From a virus (taxonomy: Duplodnaviria; Caudoviricetes), in the IMG/VR virus record IMGVR_UViG_3300028197_000059, positions 1-36,912 of that record: DNA of 36,912 nt, one strand, 5' to 3'. Below are positions 8,801 to 20,198 of the stretch, one piece after another. Both the position numbers and the translations under genes were made by a program. A model generated the notes under the pieces. That model did no database searches. It was not told the origin of the DNA and worked only from the letters and a program-made list of their open reading frames with translations. The number at the start of each line of letters is the position of its first letter. The first letter of the stretch is position 1.

Positions 8801-11800
8801 AATCTACTTGCCTCAACAAAGATTAGTTGACTTCTCATAAATGGAGCAAAAGCCATGTCTACTACTTTCTCTCCTAATGATTGTGTTTCTGTTCCTGCTG
8901 AAACATCTAGACCAATACCCTGTCTAACTTGTGTTTGTTCTGTTGTAGTAGTTGTAAATGTAGCTAGTGCGCTACCTGTTCCTCCTGTTGCAAAACCATT
9001 TATAGATTCTGAGGATGAAGTTACATTTGCTGCACCTGAGTCTTCCCATGAGCCCCATTGTGTGCCCCAAGCATTTGCCATGTTTTCCCATGCGTCGTAG
9101 TTGCCGTCAAAGTTTCTATTAACTGCTGGCTGAACTGAGGTGTCTACAAAGTTATCTACATCTGGTGTAAGCTGCATGTCTCCATTCCAAAAGAATGTAA
9201 GCTCTTTAACTAAGTTCTCAGTCTGTGATGCTTGTTGTTGCTGTGTTAAAATTTTTGTATTGTAAGGTGCTGTTATATTGACGCCTGTTTGTCTTAATGC
9301 AGTCCCTGTGTATGCTGCTGTAGATGAAATATTATGGAACAATTGAGTTCTAATATTTTCAAGTACAAAGAAAGGCCTAGCATGTTTTAATTTAGGGTCA
9401 ATTGAAATTTTATAATTAGGATCTAATACTGAACCTACATTATGTCCTGTAAAAGGATCTACTAATATGCCATTTTTAAACCTGTCAACTCCTGAAGAGT
9501 CTACAATAGTTTGATCTTTAGCAAATGTTTCTAATAGATTTAGTGAGGCATAATATTCTAAATTTTTAATTCTTTGTTCTAAACCACCAATCTCTTTCAT
9601 TGTAAATCGTTTTTGAGATACATTTTTAATAGTGGCTGTGTAGTCTAGTCTTTCTGCTAGTTTACCTGATTGAGGAGATAAACTTGGATATGGTGGTAGA
9701 TCAATCAATGCCATTGTCATTGCTTTGGATGGCTCTGCTGGCATTGTAGGATTATCAGAATATGCTCCTTCTACTATTCTATATTCGCCATCAAAGTCTA
9801 ATACTAATCTAAGTTTTTTGCCTTGATAATATTTTAAATCTGTGCTAAATGTCTTTGTGGGTACAGGGTTACTTAAACCTTGACCTGGTCTGTTAATTAA
9901 TTTGTCGTTTGTTGGATTAACTGTAGCACTACCTAAAGTTCCTGTAAGTGTTGCTGTGTTGGCTACATAAGGACGAAAATCTACACTATCTCTTAGATCA
10001 AAAGTTCCATATTTTTGAGATTTATATACCGGAACATTTTCTGTTCTAATTGATCCTACAGCAGGGCTTGAAGTATCATCTACTGGATAACTATCTAAAC
10101 ATGCAAATGATGGGCCTGCTGCTGTATTTGAAAATACTGAGAGTTTAACAACAATATATCTATTCGTTGTAAGATTTAAAGTACTTGTGCCTCTCTGAAA
10201 TATTTTTGCCTGGCCATAAAAACTATCTTGTTGTCCGTTAATAGATCTAAAGTCTGATGTTACATCTACTTGGCCTGTTGTGTAGTCTGAATTTGTTCCT
10301 GCTGTAATTGATTCTATTTTATATAAATCAACTATTCCTAAATTATATTCGCCTGTTGTTCCTGCAACATGTGTTCCTGTATCTATTTTAACATATTGAG
10401 ATGTATTAAGAGTTTTAGCAATTGGTGTAGCGTCTGCTACTTGTACTAGTGCGTATACTCTTATTGAACCAGTACCTGTAACTGCTCCTCCTAAATCTAT
10501 TTCTATAGACTGTGAGTTTGTAATTGTAACTGTTGCGTTAGCATTATTAGATGTTAAATCTAGATATTGGCCTGCTGCTACAGTAGCAGAGTTTTGTGTA
10601 AATCCTACTTTTGCTATAGCTATAAAATCTTGTTTTTGTGTGTCTGTTAAAACACCTGAATAAGGAAATGTTTCGTTTCCTGATACTGTTATAGATGCTT
10701 TACCTTGTGTTCCATCTAATGAAACATTAAATTCTTTTTGGTATTGGAATGTGTAATCGTATGTTCCTCCACTTTCTGCTTTCAGTGTTTTAATATTGCT
10801 GAATGGAAGTTTGTAAACTAATTTGTTTACCTTAGTTTCGTTTAATACTGCTTTACTACTTACTAGAACTGTATTACCTACACCTCCCCAAGTTTCGCCG
10901 TTGCTATAATCTACACTCTTAACAAGTGTAAAGTCTCCACTAAGCATTTGTATATCATATAGATATAATCTGTATTGAGCGCTGGTACTTCCTATAGTGC
11001 CACTAGAATAGACTAACTGTCTTACCTTAGCTTCACCTATTTTTGCACCTGAACCTCCGGCTCCTGCCACTGCATTAAATAAATCTACTTTAATGCCTCC
11101 ATCTACATCAAATGTTCCTGTAAGATTATCTATTAAGACATAGTTACCATATGATGTTGATATAGGCTGAGACTCTTTTGTAACATCCATTGTAGGCTTC
11201 ATGAAAGGAATACGCTTAGAACTTAATAGTTCTCTCTTGTGTCCTCCTACATAAGCCACACCAGGATCAATTTGTATCATTAGTGCGTCTTTAGAACCAC
11301 CGTTGTCTGCTGTGTATATACCACCGTTGTTGTTTTCGTTTAAATGTTCTCTTAATGAAACTGTATTACCTTTAACAAGATAGTTACCAGATTCATCATA
11401 AGTTCTATTTGCTAAAATATTTCCTACGCCATGTAATGGGCTGTCTTTAAGACTTATTCTTTGTATAGCTCCATCTTCAAAGTGTGCGTATGTATAAAAG
11501 TTTTCTGGTTTTGTTGCGCTTTTATCAAAAGCTTTTAATGTTACTGTAAATTTAAGTCTGTCTGAACCAGGTGCATTATAGTTAAATGAACCTTGTGCAG
11601 GATCTAATAAAGTTGAATCTGTGGCTGCGCCTGCAACTGATTCGTCGACAACAAACCCTACATTTTTTGGTAGTAGTTCATTATATTTATCTACTAAGCA
11701 GGAGATTTTATCTGTCTTAATAAAAGCGCCTCGAGCATATATAATACCCGCCTGTAAAGTAACTCTATTTGTTGCTCCGTAATATTTCGCTGTGAAATTA

Positions 11801-12327
11801 TTACCTGTTAGATTGTTTACAACGAAAGTAAAACCGTTTAAATCTGTTGCTGAATTTCCTGGGCCTGTGTTTGCTGTATAAACAGTTAATTCTTCACCTG
11901 ATGTGAAGTTGTTGTAACTTGTATTTGAATTTAGATATTTAAGATAAAGTGTTTTTAAATTAGGAGCGCCACCAACTGTTCCTGTTTCTACTGCAATAAT
12001 TCTTGCTTGTAGGTTTGTAGTTCCTCCTACAATTTCTTTTCCTACAAAGTTAGCAAGAGTTGTATTGTCTATGGCAGCAGCTGCTGCGTCTGTGTCGTTA
12101 ACTTTAATCCAATTAACAGACTCTGTAGATTCAGCACAACCTGTTATAACTGCGCCTTCTTGTATTACAAAACCAAATCCTTTATCTAATTGGTCTTGTA
12201 AAATTGTTTGTAATTGAGTTAGCTCTCGAGCCTGTACCGCTACGCCAGGTTTAAACAACACACGATGAAATCTCTTGTCGTCGCTAAAATCGTCGTAGTA
12301 TGGTGATGTATTTAAATTTAATGCCAT
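5893..12327 (-). CDS. giant baseplate/tail structural protein (DUF4815 / VrlC-like), 2144 aa
   Basis: [11 protein letters not shown]...[60 protein letters not shown] and terminal DLRAIAL motifs. Confidence 0.85.
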   Translation of the reverse strand: MALNLNTSPYYDDFSDDKRFHRVLFKPGVAVQARELTQLQTILQDQLDKGFGFVIQEGAVITGCAESTESVNWIKVNDTDAAAAAIDNTTLANFVGKEIVGGTTNLQARIIAVETGTVGGAPNLKTLYLKYLNSNTSYNNFTSGEELTVYTANTGPGNSATDLNGFTFVVNNLTGNNFTAKYYGATNRVTLQAGIIYARGAFIKTDKISCLVDKYNELLPKNVGFVVDESVAGAATDSTLLDPAQGSFNYNAPGSDRLKFTVTLKAFDKSATKPENFYTYAHFEDGAIQRISLKDSPLHGVGNILANRTYDESGNYLVKGNTVSLREHLNENNNGGIYTADNGGSKDALMIQIDPGVAYVGGHKRELLSSKRIPFMKPTMDVTKESQPISTSYGNYVLIDNLTGTFDVDGGIKVDLFNAVAGAGGSGAKIGEAKVRQLVYSSGTIGSTSAQYRLYLYDIQMLSGDFTLVKSVDYSNGETWGGVGNTVLVSSKAVLNETKVNKLVYKLPFSNIKTLKAESGGTYDYTFQYQKEFNVSLDGTQGKASITVSGNETFPYSGVLTDTQKQDFIAIAKVGFTQNSATVAAGQYLDLTSNNANATVTITNSQSIEIDLGGAVTGTGSIRVYALVQVADATPIAKTLNTSQYVKIDTGTHVAGTTGEYNLGIVDLYKIESITAGTNSDYTTGQVDVTSDFRSINGQQDSFYGQAKIFQRGTSTLNLTTNRYIVVKLSVFSNTAAGPSFACLDSYPVDDTSSPAVGSIRTENVPVYKSQKYGTFDLRDSVDFRPYVANTATLTGTLGSATVNPTNDKLINRPGQGLSNPVPTKTFSTDLKYYQGKKLRLVLDFDGEYRIVEGAYSDNPTMPAEPSKAMTMALIDLPPYPSLSPQSGKLAERLDYTATIKNVSQKRFTMKEIGGLEQRIKNLEYYASLNLLETFAKDQTIVDSSGVDRFKNGILVDPFTGHNVGSVLDPNYKISIDPKLKHARPFFVLENIRTQLFHNISSTAAYTGTALRQTGVNITAPYNTKILTQQQQASQTENLVKELTFFWNGDMQLTPDVDNFVDTSVQPAVNRNFDGNYDAWENMANAWGTQWGSWEDSGAANVTSSSESINGFATGGTGSALATFTTTTTEQTQVRQGIGLDVSAGTETQSLGEKVVDMAFAPFMRSQLIFVEASRLKPSTRVYPFFDGEDVSANCTMDDGTTTTLTTNANGTLIVRFTLPTGRFKTGQRVFKLTDDVNNQDKTAKTSANAVFESSGFIQQKQDTILGFKTANVASSAFSDSQVVTDQSLSYSIGTGAPLPPPPAPVIINNPPVEIVTIVPVPVPVPQIVILPPPDPVLPAGWPPTSSIVTTTAAPVTTVAPPPTTTIRVTQLVTTPAPPAVTPPPTLPPQPPSVVPQNPAPDTVPWNPGFPIRGQGAGGWPNIIIDMGSGIGNLVLPDIIIPASPPPPPPEPIVNVWDVPELDFGENFGFMGRGRGFLRRGRDPLAQTFTVNGMPGGIFVTDIDVYFKTKPASGANGVIMELREVINGVPGPRVIPNGTKKLHRNRINTSTESGGVTSFVATNFTFDQLVYLQNDTEYCFVPKPENDDEGYELYISELGENQIGTTERITKQPHGGMMFSSANDRTWSPNQSQDIMFRLNRANFKLGTTTGKLANENLDWINFSSTSTGEDIDWTPGNFIHGFHTTALTAGAGYTSAPTVVATNTGTSGTGFAATATVSGGVVTGITVTNPGTGYTSAPTLVLTGGGFTTQATITIQLKKGLIENYNSLDKQLTVNRQGDLAPFLVGDVIGNVDGYATIGSFTNKVINEVALNGASIIPSATTALLAKVAINETSSATAVGADGVTETYTDIDFNITTKLEKEHTIYSRSTELNSTAAGGYANNKTALIELQFTTQQENISPIISMDQMDLLCIANSVNNDSTNENTRYKGNASSRYITRRVVLEDGQDAEDLEVYLDAAIPTEGSLKVYGKMLNSADESDFQDDLGWVELSSVTNPFESTEDFAEYKFKIPAKGANSAGLSSGIFEYDVKSVASIAATAGSGYSSVPTVTITGGGGYGATAVASINGSNQISAITVTNPGRDYTSTPTITITGGGGSGGGGTATVGTVTHSGFKTFAVKVVPLSSTTSKVPFFKDLRAIALQV

Positions 12328-12330
12328 TTG

Positions 12331-13917
12331 TTAAAACCTAATCAATGCCTTTATTTGTTCTACTTGATCCGCTGATCTAATAATTGGAGATCTGTTATCT
12401 AAATAAATAACTTCTCCTGTAGCGTTATCAACTTCTGGATCTGTTAAACTATTTATACTCAAACTACTGATGCTTTGAGTAGTATTTGTTAATGTTGAAT
12501 TTACTGTGATTGCCGGATTTGTAGATGTTAAATATATGTTCTTATTTGTTGTATCTATTTGTATTACTGTAAACGAGCCACCATCATCTGATGTTATTAT
12601 ATCGTCTACTGCATAACTACCTACACTTGCCACATTAATTATATGACATGTTGTAGATGTGTTTGTTATATAAGTTACACCCGCTGGTGTCCTAATATTT
12701 TTTATTAATGCAATTTGTCTAAAGTCATTGCCTAATATTAAATCTCTATTATCATTGTCTGAGAATGATACTGTTACACCCACATTATGAGCGAATAACT
12801 CTCTGGGTGCATTTGAACCATGTCCACCTTGAGGTGATACAATAGCTCTAGCTGATGCTCCTGTTCCTGGAGCAGCTGTGTTTGTAATTTTAAGTGTTGC
12901 GTATGAATAGCCTGAACCTGGATTAGTAACTCTAATCTTTGTAATAGCTCCTGTTGCTGAGTTAACATAAGCACTTGCTTCTGCACCTGTACCGTCTCCC
13001 TCTACTGTTACTTGTACATCACTTGTTGCATAGTCTTGTCCTGCTGATGTTACAATAACTCTATCTAAAGTTCCGCTAACTGCTGCGCCTTCTACAGCAC
13101 TTTGTAAAGTTGGAAGAGAATCTGCGTCTCCCAAATTAACTGTACCTACTGCGTTTGCGCCTCCGCCTCCTGTGAATGATATAAAAGCAAAACTATAACC
13201 AGAACCTGATGCTGATATTGTAACTCCTGTTACTGCACCGCCTGATATAGTTGCTGTACCTGCTGCTAAACCATCTCCATCACCTTGAATTACTACTGTA
13301 GGAACACTGCTATAACCTGAGCCCCCTGCGTTTATAGTAATACTATCTACTTCTCCTGTAACATCATGTGTAGGATTGCCTGTTAATTTTCTTACAGGCA
13401 TCATATCTGCATCTAAAAATTTATTTTGATCTGATGCTGAGATTTGGAACATAAATTTCCAATTGTAATTGTCTGATAGTTCAAATACAGATGTTCCTGT
13501 ACTTGTAGGTTTAACTGTGCTTGTGCCGTTATTGTTATTACTGATACATTTATATACTTTAAATTCATCAGTCATTATAAAAAATATTCCTTCAGCAAGA
13601 TTGGAGGCTCCGGAGTATGTTTGTTGTGATGAAGATATATTATCATCATATTCATCATACACCGTGCCTTGTGTCCAATTTGTTCGCTTAGCTAGTAAAC
13701 AAACATCTGCTGAATCTATTCTTTGGGTAAACATCATGCTCCGCCTGAACGCTGAGACATACGAATCATTGTCAATAGGAAGTTCAGGGCTTGTGTCATC
13801 AGACCAAGCCTCTGTTCTACCTACGGCAAAGTGGAAATAGTCATTGTTATTACGAACATCTCTATGAAATGTTCTTGCTAATTCTACTCTACCTAGTCTG
13901 CGAAGTACTAGAGCCAT
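12331..13917 (-). CDS. gp8: baseplate wedge subunit gp8-like
   Basis: FFIMTDEFKVYKCISNN, YNWKFMF, PQGGHG, NDFRQIALIKN, GEVIYLDNR.PI.R...Q.E.IK motifs and synteny. Confidence 0.85.
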   Translation of the reverse strand: MALVLRRLGRVELARTFHRDVRNNNDYFHFAVGRTEAWSDDTSPELPIDNDSYVSAFRRSMMFTQRIDSADVCLLAKRTNWTQGTVYDEYDDNISSSQQTYSGASNLAEGIFFIMTDEFKVYKCISNNNNGTSTVKPTSTGTSVFELSDNYNWKFMFQISASDQNKFLDADMMPVRKLTGNPTHDVTGEVDSITINAGGSGYSSVPTVVIQGDGDGLAAGTATISGGAVTGVTISASGSGYSFAFISFTGGGGANAVGTVNLGDADSLPTLQSAVEGAAVSGTLDRVIVTSAGQDYATSDVQVTVEGDGTGAEASAYVNSATGAITKIRVTNPGSGYSYATLKITNTAAPGTGASARAIVSPQGGHGSNAPRELFAHNVGVTVSFSDNDNRDLILGNDFRQIALIKNIRTPAGVTYITNTSTTCHIINVASVGSYAVDDIITSDDGGSFTVIQIDTTNKNIYLTSTNPAITVNSTLTNTTQSISSLSINSLTDPEVDNATGEVIYLDNRSPIIRSADQVEQIKALIRF

Positions 13918-13926
13918 TTATTTCCC

Positions 13927-14370
13927 TTAAGAAATTGTTACTGTCCAAGTAATTGTCATTGAGTCCGAAGCCCCTTTATTAACAACACTAAAGACTGTTC
14001 TACAAAGTAAAGATCCACCTGAAGATGCATTTAATATGCCTGCTTCTGTAATGGCGCCTGTACCTGATCCTGCTGCAAAAGATGCAACATAAGCTACAGC
14101 ATTTGCTGTAACAGTTGTAGATGTCAATGATTGTCTCGCTGCTTCAGTTCCAAGAGCTGTATCAGAAGCTGCTGCTGCTGTAGTTCCTGTTCCTATTCCC
14201 ATGTGAGACATGGCTGCTGATGTTGTGTCCTTCATTCTGGACGCAATAAATTCAAGGCCATCATCAACAACAAGGTTTTTTACTTCCCTTGTTTCGATTA
14301 CTGTACCCTGAGGGTTTTTGATTTCAATAGTAAGCTTACCTGTAGCTTCTGATTTATCATTTTTAAACAT
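13927..14370 (-). CDS. virion protein resembling a stand-alone tail-fibre/collar N-terminal domain
   Basis: NLVVDDG...HMGIGTG...DTAL..E...ITEAGI...LL.RTVFSVVNK...ITWTV motif pattern. AGGAG RBS. Confidence 0.65.
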   Translation of the reverse strand: MFKNDKSEATGKLTIEIKNPQGTVIETREVKNLVVDDGLEFIASRMKDTTSAAMSHMGIGTGTTAAAASDTALGTEAARQSLTSTTVTANAVAYVASFAAGSGTGAITEAGILNASSGGSLLCRTVFSVVNKGASDSMTITWTVTIS

Positions 14371-14393
14371 TTTATTCTCCTAATATGTCTAGT

Positions 14394-17261
14394 TTATGTA
14401 AAGTTCCAACCGGTTCCTACATAATCCTCTGAAAGATATGTTGGATCTGCATAGTCCTGCACCGATCCTATACCTACGTCTGTAGCTCCTGCACTATCAG
14501 CTACTGCTGGTTTGTTAAGTGCGTTAGCTAAGGATTCTGCAACACCTGAGGTGTTATCTGTTATTCCTTTACTTGTATTTATACTGTTTATCGCTTCCGA
14601 TCCTGTTAAAGATTCAGAAACTGGTTTATTTAATTGTAATATATTAGAATCACTTATTGTTGTGGATTCTGTTACATTATTGAAGTATGCTAATACTACA
14701 GCTTCTGTAGCTGTTTGTGTATCTGCTATTACTTTAGATACTGATAATACATTTGTGTCTGTGTTAGATGTTGTATCAGTATAAGAAACACTTAGATCCA
14801 TTATATAACTTGAATCTTGTGCCGTACCAGTATCACTTAAGGCTCTCGCAAAAGTTGTATTTATTTGAGCTACCTCAGTTACTGATACTGTTTCATCTAG
14901 CCCTGGAATACCTAGAATTCTTTCTACATCAATAGATTCTGTAGCTGTTACAGAACCATTACTTGTAGCAACATAATATTGTTTGTCTCCGTTATCTGCT
15001 TCATCATTTGTATATGCTGATGAGCCAGTTGCCGGTGTCCAATAAGTATTGTTGAATGCCTCTAGGAATGCTTTAGTAAAGTGTTTTGCTGGGACATCAG
15101 TAACTGATGTTGTTGAATCAGTAAATGCTCTAACGAAACTAATATCTATTGCGTCTTCTGCAACACTATCAGAAACTATTAAAGTCTCTGTAAATGCTTT
15201 AGAAACATCCACTATAAATTGATCGTCTCCTATGTTATAGTTGTTGGCTGATACTCCGTCAGAGTCATCATTCCAATAACCACTTACACAATAAGGGTTT
15301 ATGCCTTGATCTGTTCCAAGTACACTTTCAGTCTTACCTGCAGGAACAAAATGTATTCCATGAGATTCTGTTACTGTAGGTGTTTCTGCTTTAGTTATTC
15401 CAAAACTAAAGCCGACGGTTTCAACTGTTGTTACTAAGTCGTCTGCGTCAAATATGAAGAATGTGTATCCTGTGGATTCTACACTAAATTCTACATTGAA
15501 ATTTATTTCACTTTTAACAATTAAATCTCCAAACACTTCCATACCTGAAGGGTGGACTGTATCTCTTAAAGCCCTGTCCCAAGTAGGTTGTGCTATTCCA
15601 GATTTAATTACATATGAATATGGTTGATATCTTTTGTTGTCTGCTATTACATTAACATCTGAAAGTTTACCTTGATCGTTTTTATATTTACCTTCATATT
15701 CAAATAAATATCCTGTTTGTAAAGTAATCGTACATTGCTCACCTGAAGGAGAGATAATAAGAATATCTGCTGTGTCCTTAAGGAATGTAGATCCAGGATT
15801 TACAACGGTAAATGCTGTAGGTAAACCTGATGTTGATATAGCTGTTATTCTTATAAACGCATCATTAGATCCACCTATAAAAGTATAGTCCTCTTTGAAA
15901 TAGCCTGAAATTGCGTATGCTTTTCCGTCATCGCCTGTTTCATTTATAGCATATATTTGTCCTACTTTAAACCCTGCATTGGCTGCTGAGCCTGTGTAAC
16001 TTTTAAAGGATACGCCTGTTAATACTCTAACAACATGGCCGTATATATCTGCTATTGCGTTAGACGCGCCGTCATCTACAACATAAGATTTAATATTATC
16101 TAAATCTAATTCTATTGTAGGAGCCGTTGTATATCCTGCTCCAGCATTGTCTACAACAATACTTGTAATTTTGCCATCTGATACCAATGCGTGTGCTGTT
16201 GCTTGTGTTGTTATTGTATCTCCAACATCTGCAAATATCTGTACAGGAGGTGCTGCGTTATATCCTGAGCCTTTATTATCTACTGTAACGCCTGTAACAG
16301 AGCCACTAGCCACACTAGCTGTAAATGTTGCTCCGGCTCCAGGGCCTTCTATTGTTGTTACATTTGAATCGTCGAATGCCAGGATTAACTCGAATCTTTG
16401 TAAGGTTAATCCATTTGTTTGATATGTATTTTTCTCTACTCGTCTAACACTAGCGTTTACAGTCTTTGTAATTGTAACTGTACCTGTTGTTTCTTTATAT
16501 CTAAGGTCTATCTTTTTACCTTCAAGAGTTAACGGCTCTAAACTGCCTCCACCATGCTCTTGTTCTTGAATTTTAACAGCTCTTTCTACATTGTAGATGC
16601 CATCTGAAGGTTTAAGTACATATTGATATGGATATATAACTTCTACATTCTCATCAAATAATACTCTAAACCAAGTTTCTATAGATCGTTTACTACCTTT
16701 AGCCTCATAAAAATCTTTCGCTCTTTTATAAAAGAAAGACTTATCTGCTTTTAATAGTTTAGGAAAGTCTGATACTAGTGCTCCTCGCCATTTATCTAAA
16801 AATGCCTCTTGAGCATAATCTATATCAGAGACATAGTTAGTAGGCTCTGAATAATTAGTATCCATAAAGCTATAATATTTTTCTAGGAAAGTTACAAAAG
16901 TAGGATATTCTGTTCTAATATATTGAGGTACTTGTTCCTTAATTAAAAAACTATTATTTTTTGTTTCTACACTAGAAGAGCCTTGAGCTGAGTCTAGTAC
17001 TGATGTGGCTATTGCTCCTGTTGCTGATGTATCACTAGCATGAGGTGTTATTGTAACTACTGGTGCAGATAAATAACCGGTACCTTTGTTTGTAATAACA
17101 AAGCCTGTTACTACTCCATTGAATACTGTTGCAGTTGCTGTTGCGCCCGTTCCATCTCCACCAGTAAGTGTAATCGTAGGAGCGGAATTATAACCCGACC
17201 CTCCGGCTGTAACTGTTATAGACGATACATATCTATAAAATGATGGAATATAATCTGCCAT
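14394..17261 (-). CDS. gp7: baseplate wedge initiator gp7-like with a long C-terminal repeat extension
   Basis: [48 protein letters not shown]...VHPSG motifs. Lies between gp6 and gp8. Confidence 0.75.
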   Translation of the reverse strand: MADYIPSFYRYVSSITVTAGGSGYNSAPTITLTGGDGTGATATATVFNGVVTGFVITNKGTGYLSAPVVTITPHASDTSATGAIATSVLDSAQGSSSVETKNNSFLIKEQVPQYIRTEYPTFVTFLEKYYSFMDTNYSEPTNYVSDIDYAQEAFLDKWRGALVSDFPKLLKADKSFFYKRAKDFYEAKGSKRSIETWFRVLFDENVEVIYPYQYVLKPSDGIYNVERAVKIQEQEHGGGSLEPLTLEGKKIDLRYKETTGTVTITKTVNASVRRVEKNTYQTNGLTLQRFELILAFDDSNVTTIEGPGAGATFTASVASGSVTGVTVDNKGSGYNAAPPVQIFADVGDTITTQATAHALVSDGKITSIVVDNAGAGYTTAPTIELDLDNIKSYVVDDGASNAIADIYGHVVRVLTGVSFKSYTGSAANAGFKVGQIYAINETGDDGKAYAISGYFKEDYTFIGGSNDAFIRITAISTSGLPTAFTVVNPGSTFLKDTADILIISPSGEQCTITLQTGYLFEYEGKYKNDQGKLSDVNVIADNKRYQPYSYVIKSGIAQPTWDRALRDTVHPSGMEVFGDLIVKSEINFNVEFSVESTGYTFFIFDADDLVTTVETVGFSFGITKAETPTVTESHGIHFVPAGKTESVLGTDQGINPYCVSGYWNDDSDGVSANNYNIGDDQFIVDVSKAFTETLIVSDSVAEDAIDISFVRAFTDSTTSVTDVPAKHFTKAFLEAFNNTYWTPATGSSAYTNDEADNGDKQYYVATSNGSVTATESIDVERILGIPGLDETVSVTEVAQINTTFARALSDTGTAQDSSYIMDLSVSYTDTTSNTDTNVLSVSKVIADTQTATEAVVLAYFNNVTESTTISDSNILQLNKPVSESLTGSEAINSINTSKGITDNTSGVAESLANALNKPAVADSAGATDVGIGSVQDYADPTYLSEDYVGTGWNFT

Positions 17262-19165
17262 TAAACTTCTTCGACTTCTTTAGTAGCTGTTATTTTTATG
17301 CCTGATGTTGTATTAATTGTAGAATTTAAAATACTATCGTCTTGAGCTAAAACTGTATTACGAGAAGGTTTAGCTACCACTGCTGATGTGCTAGTATCCG
17401 ATGTTCTAATTAATGCCTGTGTAGTAATATCTTTAATACTGTCATGAGGTTTTACATTAAGTCTTAAATATGTTTCTGTTCCTAATAAACTTTGAATTCT
17501 CATTCCAGGAAGTTCTACAGTTCCTGTATCATAGTTTATTGTACCCACTGCTGTTATAATAGAACCGTCTATTGTTACTGCGTTAACTACTCCTGTTCCA
17601 CTATATGTGGGTGCTTTTACTGTAGCTGCTGGAGTATCAGATAAAAATACTTTACTTGTTGAACCTGAAACAGTTATGTTAAAAAATGTACTAGACAATT
17701 CTCTAGGGTTAAGTTTTTGATTAAATTTAACTGTATAGTTATGATCTTTATTTAATACAGCTTTGACTCTTTTTTGTAGTCCTATTTGTATATTAGTAGA
17801 TATAATAGCATCTGTTTGTGCATTAATTAAATCATGTAATCTACTATAATAAAAACTTTTATTTAATTTGTTTAGATAGTTATTAAAATAATTATCAACT
17901 TGTAATTTAATTGCTGTTTCTATCTCGCCTTTTGTTAAAGATGTAATCTTAGGATCGTATGAAGAAGATACATCAAGTTGTAAGTAAGTATATTCTGGAT
18001 CTACAAATTGTGGCGTAATGGCTACTGGTGTTTTAGGATCTATAATACTATTTTTAATATTATCTTTATCTTGATCTGTTATAATTTGTCCTGGTACAGG
18101 ATTTAAAGAAATAAATACTTTGCCATATATAGGTGGATCGTTTTTCTCTCCTCCCCAAACAGCCACAGATTGTATATTAGAATTACTTTGTAGTATTAAA
18201 GCCTTGTAGTCGGATTCTGTAACAGCCCTATCTCTTGTAGCATTTAATCTAGGAGCATTGAATCTTATCTCATCTACTGTTTCTTGTATGTTACCACCTG
18301 ATGCTGGACTTGAAGTTGTGACTCCTACTGTTTCACCCGATGATGAAATGACTCCTGCTACTGAAAATGATTTTGCACCATTAGGTGTTGTGCCAGAACT
18401 TGCAATATAGTCTAATGCAACAATATTATCTACATCTAGTTTTTGTCCTAATACTCCGTCTCCAAATCTTACTTGTGTTAATCCATCTATTCCTTCTTCA
18501 ATCCAGAAGACTCTAGAATCTTTTTTAACATCTAGTATTGTTGTAGATTTATTCCAAGTAGTTAGTGAAGTGTCTCCTAAAGATGTTTGTACTCTAGCTC
18601 TTATTGTAGAAGCATCAACACTCTCATTAGGAATAATATAAGGTCCTTGAGGACTTGCTGCTGTTACTGTGAATTCATTAGATGTTCGTATGCCTTCTTT
18701 TATTATTAAATCTTTAAATATGAATACTGTTACACCATTTACTACCTCGGCAGATGTTGTTGCACTTTCTAAAGGATAAAAATTATATGTTGCTCCTCCA
18801 TTAGCAGAAGTAAATGCTTTGTCTCTAGTAAGTTCTAATGTTGTGTCTGTAAAAGATGTAGGAGGTGTAACTGTAACTGTTACTGTTGCACTTGCTCCTA
18901 GATATGATCTCGGGGTATATCCTAGTGCCTTTGCAATAGATACTACTGATTCTCTTTTTATTGCTGTATCTATAAAATTTTCATTAGATACCATGTGTGC
19001 TAACATACCATTGTAATGTGTATTATATGCTAACAAATCTATTAGTACTGCTAAACCTGATCCTTCAAAATTGTAGTCTGAAAATTCACTCTGTGATTTC
19101 AGATAAGCTTTTAAATTAGTTTTTATATCTTCAAAATCTAATTCTGTTAAATTTAATTGTGCCAT
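17261..19165 (-). CDS. gp6: baseplate wedge subunit gp6
   Basis: [14 protein letters not shown]...[50 protein letters not shown] motifs. Confidence 0.95.
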   Translation of the reverse strand: MAQLNLTELDFEDIKTNLKAYLKSQSEFSDYNFEGSGLAVLIDLLAYNTHYNGMLAHMVSNENFIDTAIKRESVVSIAKALGYTPRSYLGASATVTVTVTPPTSFTDTTLELTRDKAFTSANGGATYNFYPLESATTSAEVVNGVTVFIFKDLIIKEGIRTSNEFTVTAASPQGPYIIPNESVDASTIRARVQTSLGDTSLTTWNKSTTILDVKKDSRVFWIEEGIDGLTQVRFGDGVLGQKLDVDNIVALDYIASSGTTPNGAKSFSVAGVISSSGETVGVTTSSPASGGNIQETVDEIRFNAPRLNATRDRAVTESDYKALILQSNSNIQSVAVWGGEKNDPPIYGKVFISLNPVPGQIITDQDKDNIKNSIIDPKTPVAITPQFVDPEYTYLQLDVSSSYDPKITSLTKGEIETAIKLQVDNYFNNYLNKLNKSFYYSRLHDLINAQTDAIISTNIQIGLQKRVKAVLNKDHNYTVKFNQKLNPRELSSTFFNITVSGSTSKVFLSDTPAATVKAPTYSGTGVVNAVTIDGSIITAVGTINYDTGTVELPGMRIQSLLGTETYLRLNVKPHDSIKDITTQALIRTSDTSTSAVVAKPSRNTVLAQDDSILNSTINTTSGIKITATKEVEEV

Positions 19166-19569
19166 TATCGTATTCTCTCTAGTTTGACTTCTAATTCTTG
19201 TGGCTCGTTAATACCTATAACATGAAAATTAATTGTTACACCATAACTATTTTTATCAATATTTGGTTCTACATCTATACTATTAATTTTTGCACGTCTT
19301 TCAAAGTTTTTTAATAATGTTTCTAGTGTTACCTTAATTCTATCTGTTGTAAACATGTTAGCGTTTTCAAATAGTAAACCAGCTAAAGCAGATCCTAAGT
19401 CTGGCTGAAAAGGTCTTTCCATTAAATCAGTTAGTATTAAATTTTTCATAGACTGTTTAACGGCATTAACATCTAGCTTTTTATTTACATCACCTGTTAT
19501 TTCATTTTTACCAAAGGCTAGATCGAAATCCTTATATACTCTAGTTATTTTTTGTCTTTGTACGGCCAT
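19165..19569 (-). CDS. gp25: baseplate wedge subunit gp25
   Basis: YKDFDLAF...AVKQSMKNLILT...ERPFQPDLGS...FE.R motifs. Confidence 0.93.
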   Translation of the reverse strand: MAVQRQKITRVYKDFDLAFGKNEITGDVNKKLDVNAVKQSMKNLILTDLMERPFQPDLGSALAGLLFENANMFTTDRIKVTLETLLKNFERRAKINSIDVEPNIDKNSYGVTINFHVIGINEPQELEVKLERIR

Positions 19570-19574
19570 ATTAG

Positions 19575-19582
19575 TATTTATA
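19575..19582 (-). promoter_or_regulatory. T4-type late promoter, 5 nt before the gp25 ATG
   Basis: AGTATAAATA-CTAAT-ATG. Confidence 0.82.
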
Positions 19583-19583
19583 C

Positions 19584-20189
19584 TTAAAAGTCAAAGGTTG
19601 GTAACTCTATATCTAAAAAATCATCGGCTTGTTTTTTACTTACAACGGAGGTATTTAACCTAACACCATCTAAGTTGAAAGTACTTGTATCTGGTAATTT
19701 TCCTTTTCTAATTAATGCTACAGGATCTATGTCTGGAAATGATGTTGGTATGCCTTTTACCTCTACATCAACACCCTGCATGTCTACATTAGGTACTAGT
19801 TTACATATCTCATCTACATCTAATGCACCGCTTCTTAGAAGTTCTGCTAAATTGTCTATGTCAATATCTGTGTTTGCATATTTATTTTTCATTTCAGCAA
19901 GTTTACTTGCTATCTTAGGGGCTTGTAAAAAACCTAATGCAGTTAACGCTGCCAATTCTTTCATTTGATCTTGTAATGGTAGTTGATCAAAAGGCAAGTT
20001 AGGAAGTTTAATTGAGGGTATGGCATCATTTAATTTGTCCATAACACCTTGAGCTGCTGCCTCTGCCTTTTCTGCTATACTTCCTAATTCTCCTATTGGT
20101 GAATTCATAACTGCGGCATCAAATTTTTCGTTCAAAGCATCTACTTGTTCTGCCGCTCCTGCCATTGCTTTACTTAGTCCGCAACTCAT
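19584..20189 (-). CDS. hypothetical helical protein between gp5 and gp25
   Basis: 201 aa with AGGAG RBS. No motif recognised. Confidence 0.7.
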   Translation of the reverse strand: MSCGLSKAMAGAAEQVDALNEKFDAAVMNSPIGELGSIAEKAEAAAQGVMDKLNDAIPSIKLPNLPFDQLPLQDQMKELAALTALGFLQAPKIASKLAEMKNKYANTDIDIDNLAELLRSGALDVDEICKLVPNVDMQGVDVEVKGIPTSFPDIDPVALIRKGKLPDTSTFNLDGVRLNTSVVSKKQADDFLDIELPTFDF

Positions 20190-20198
20190 TTTGTTCTC

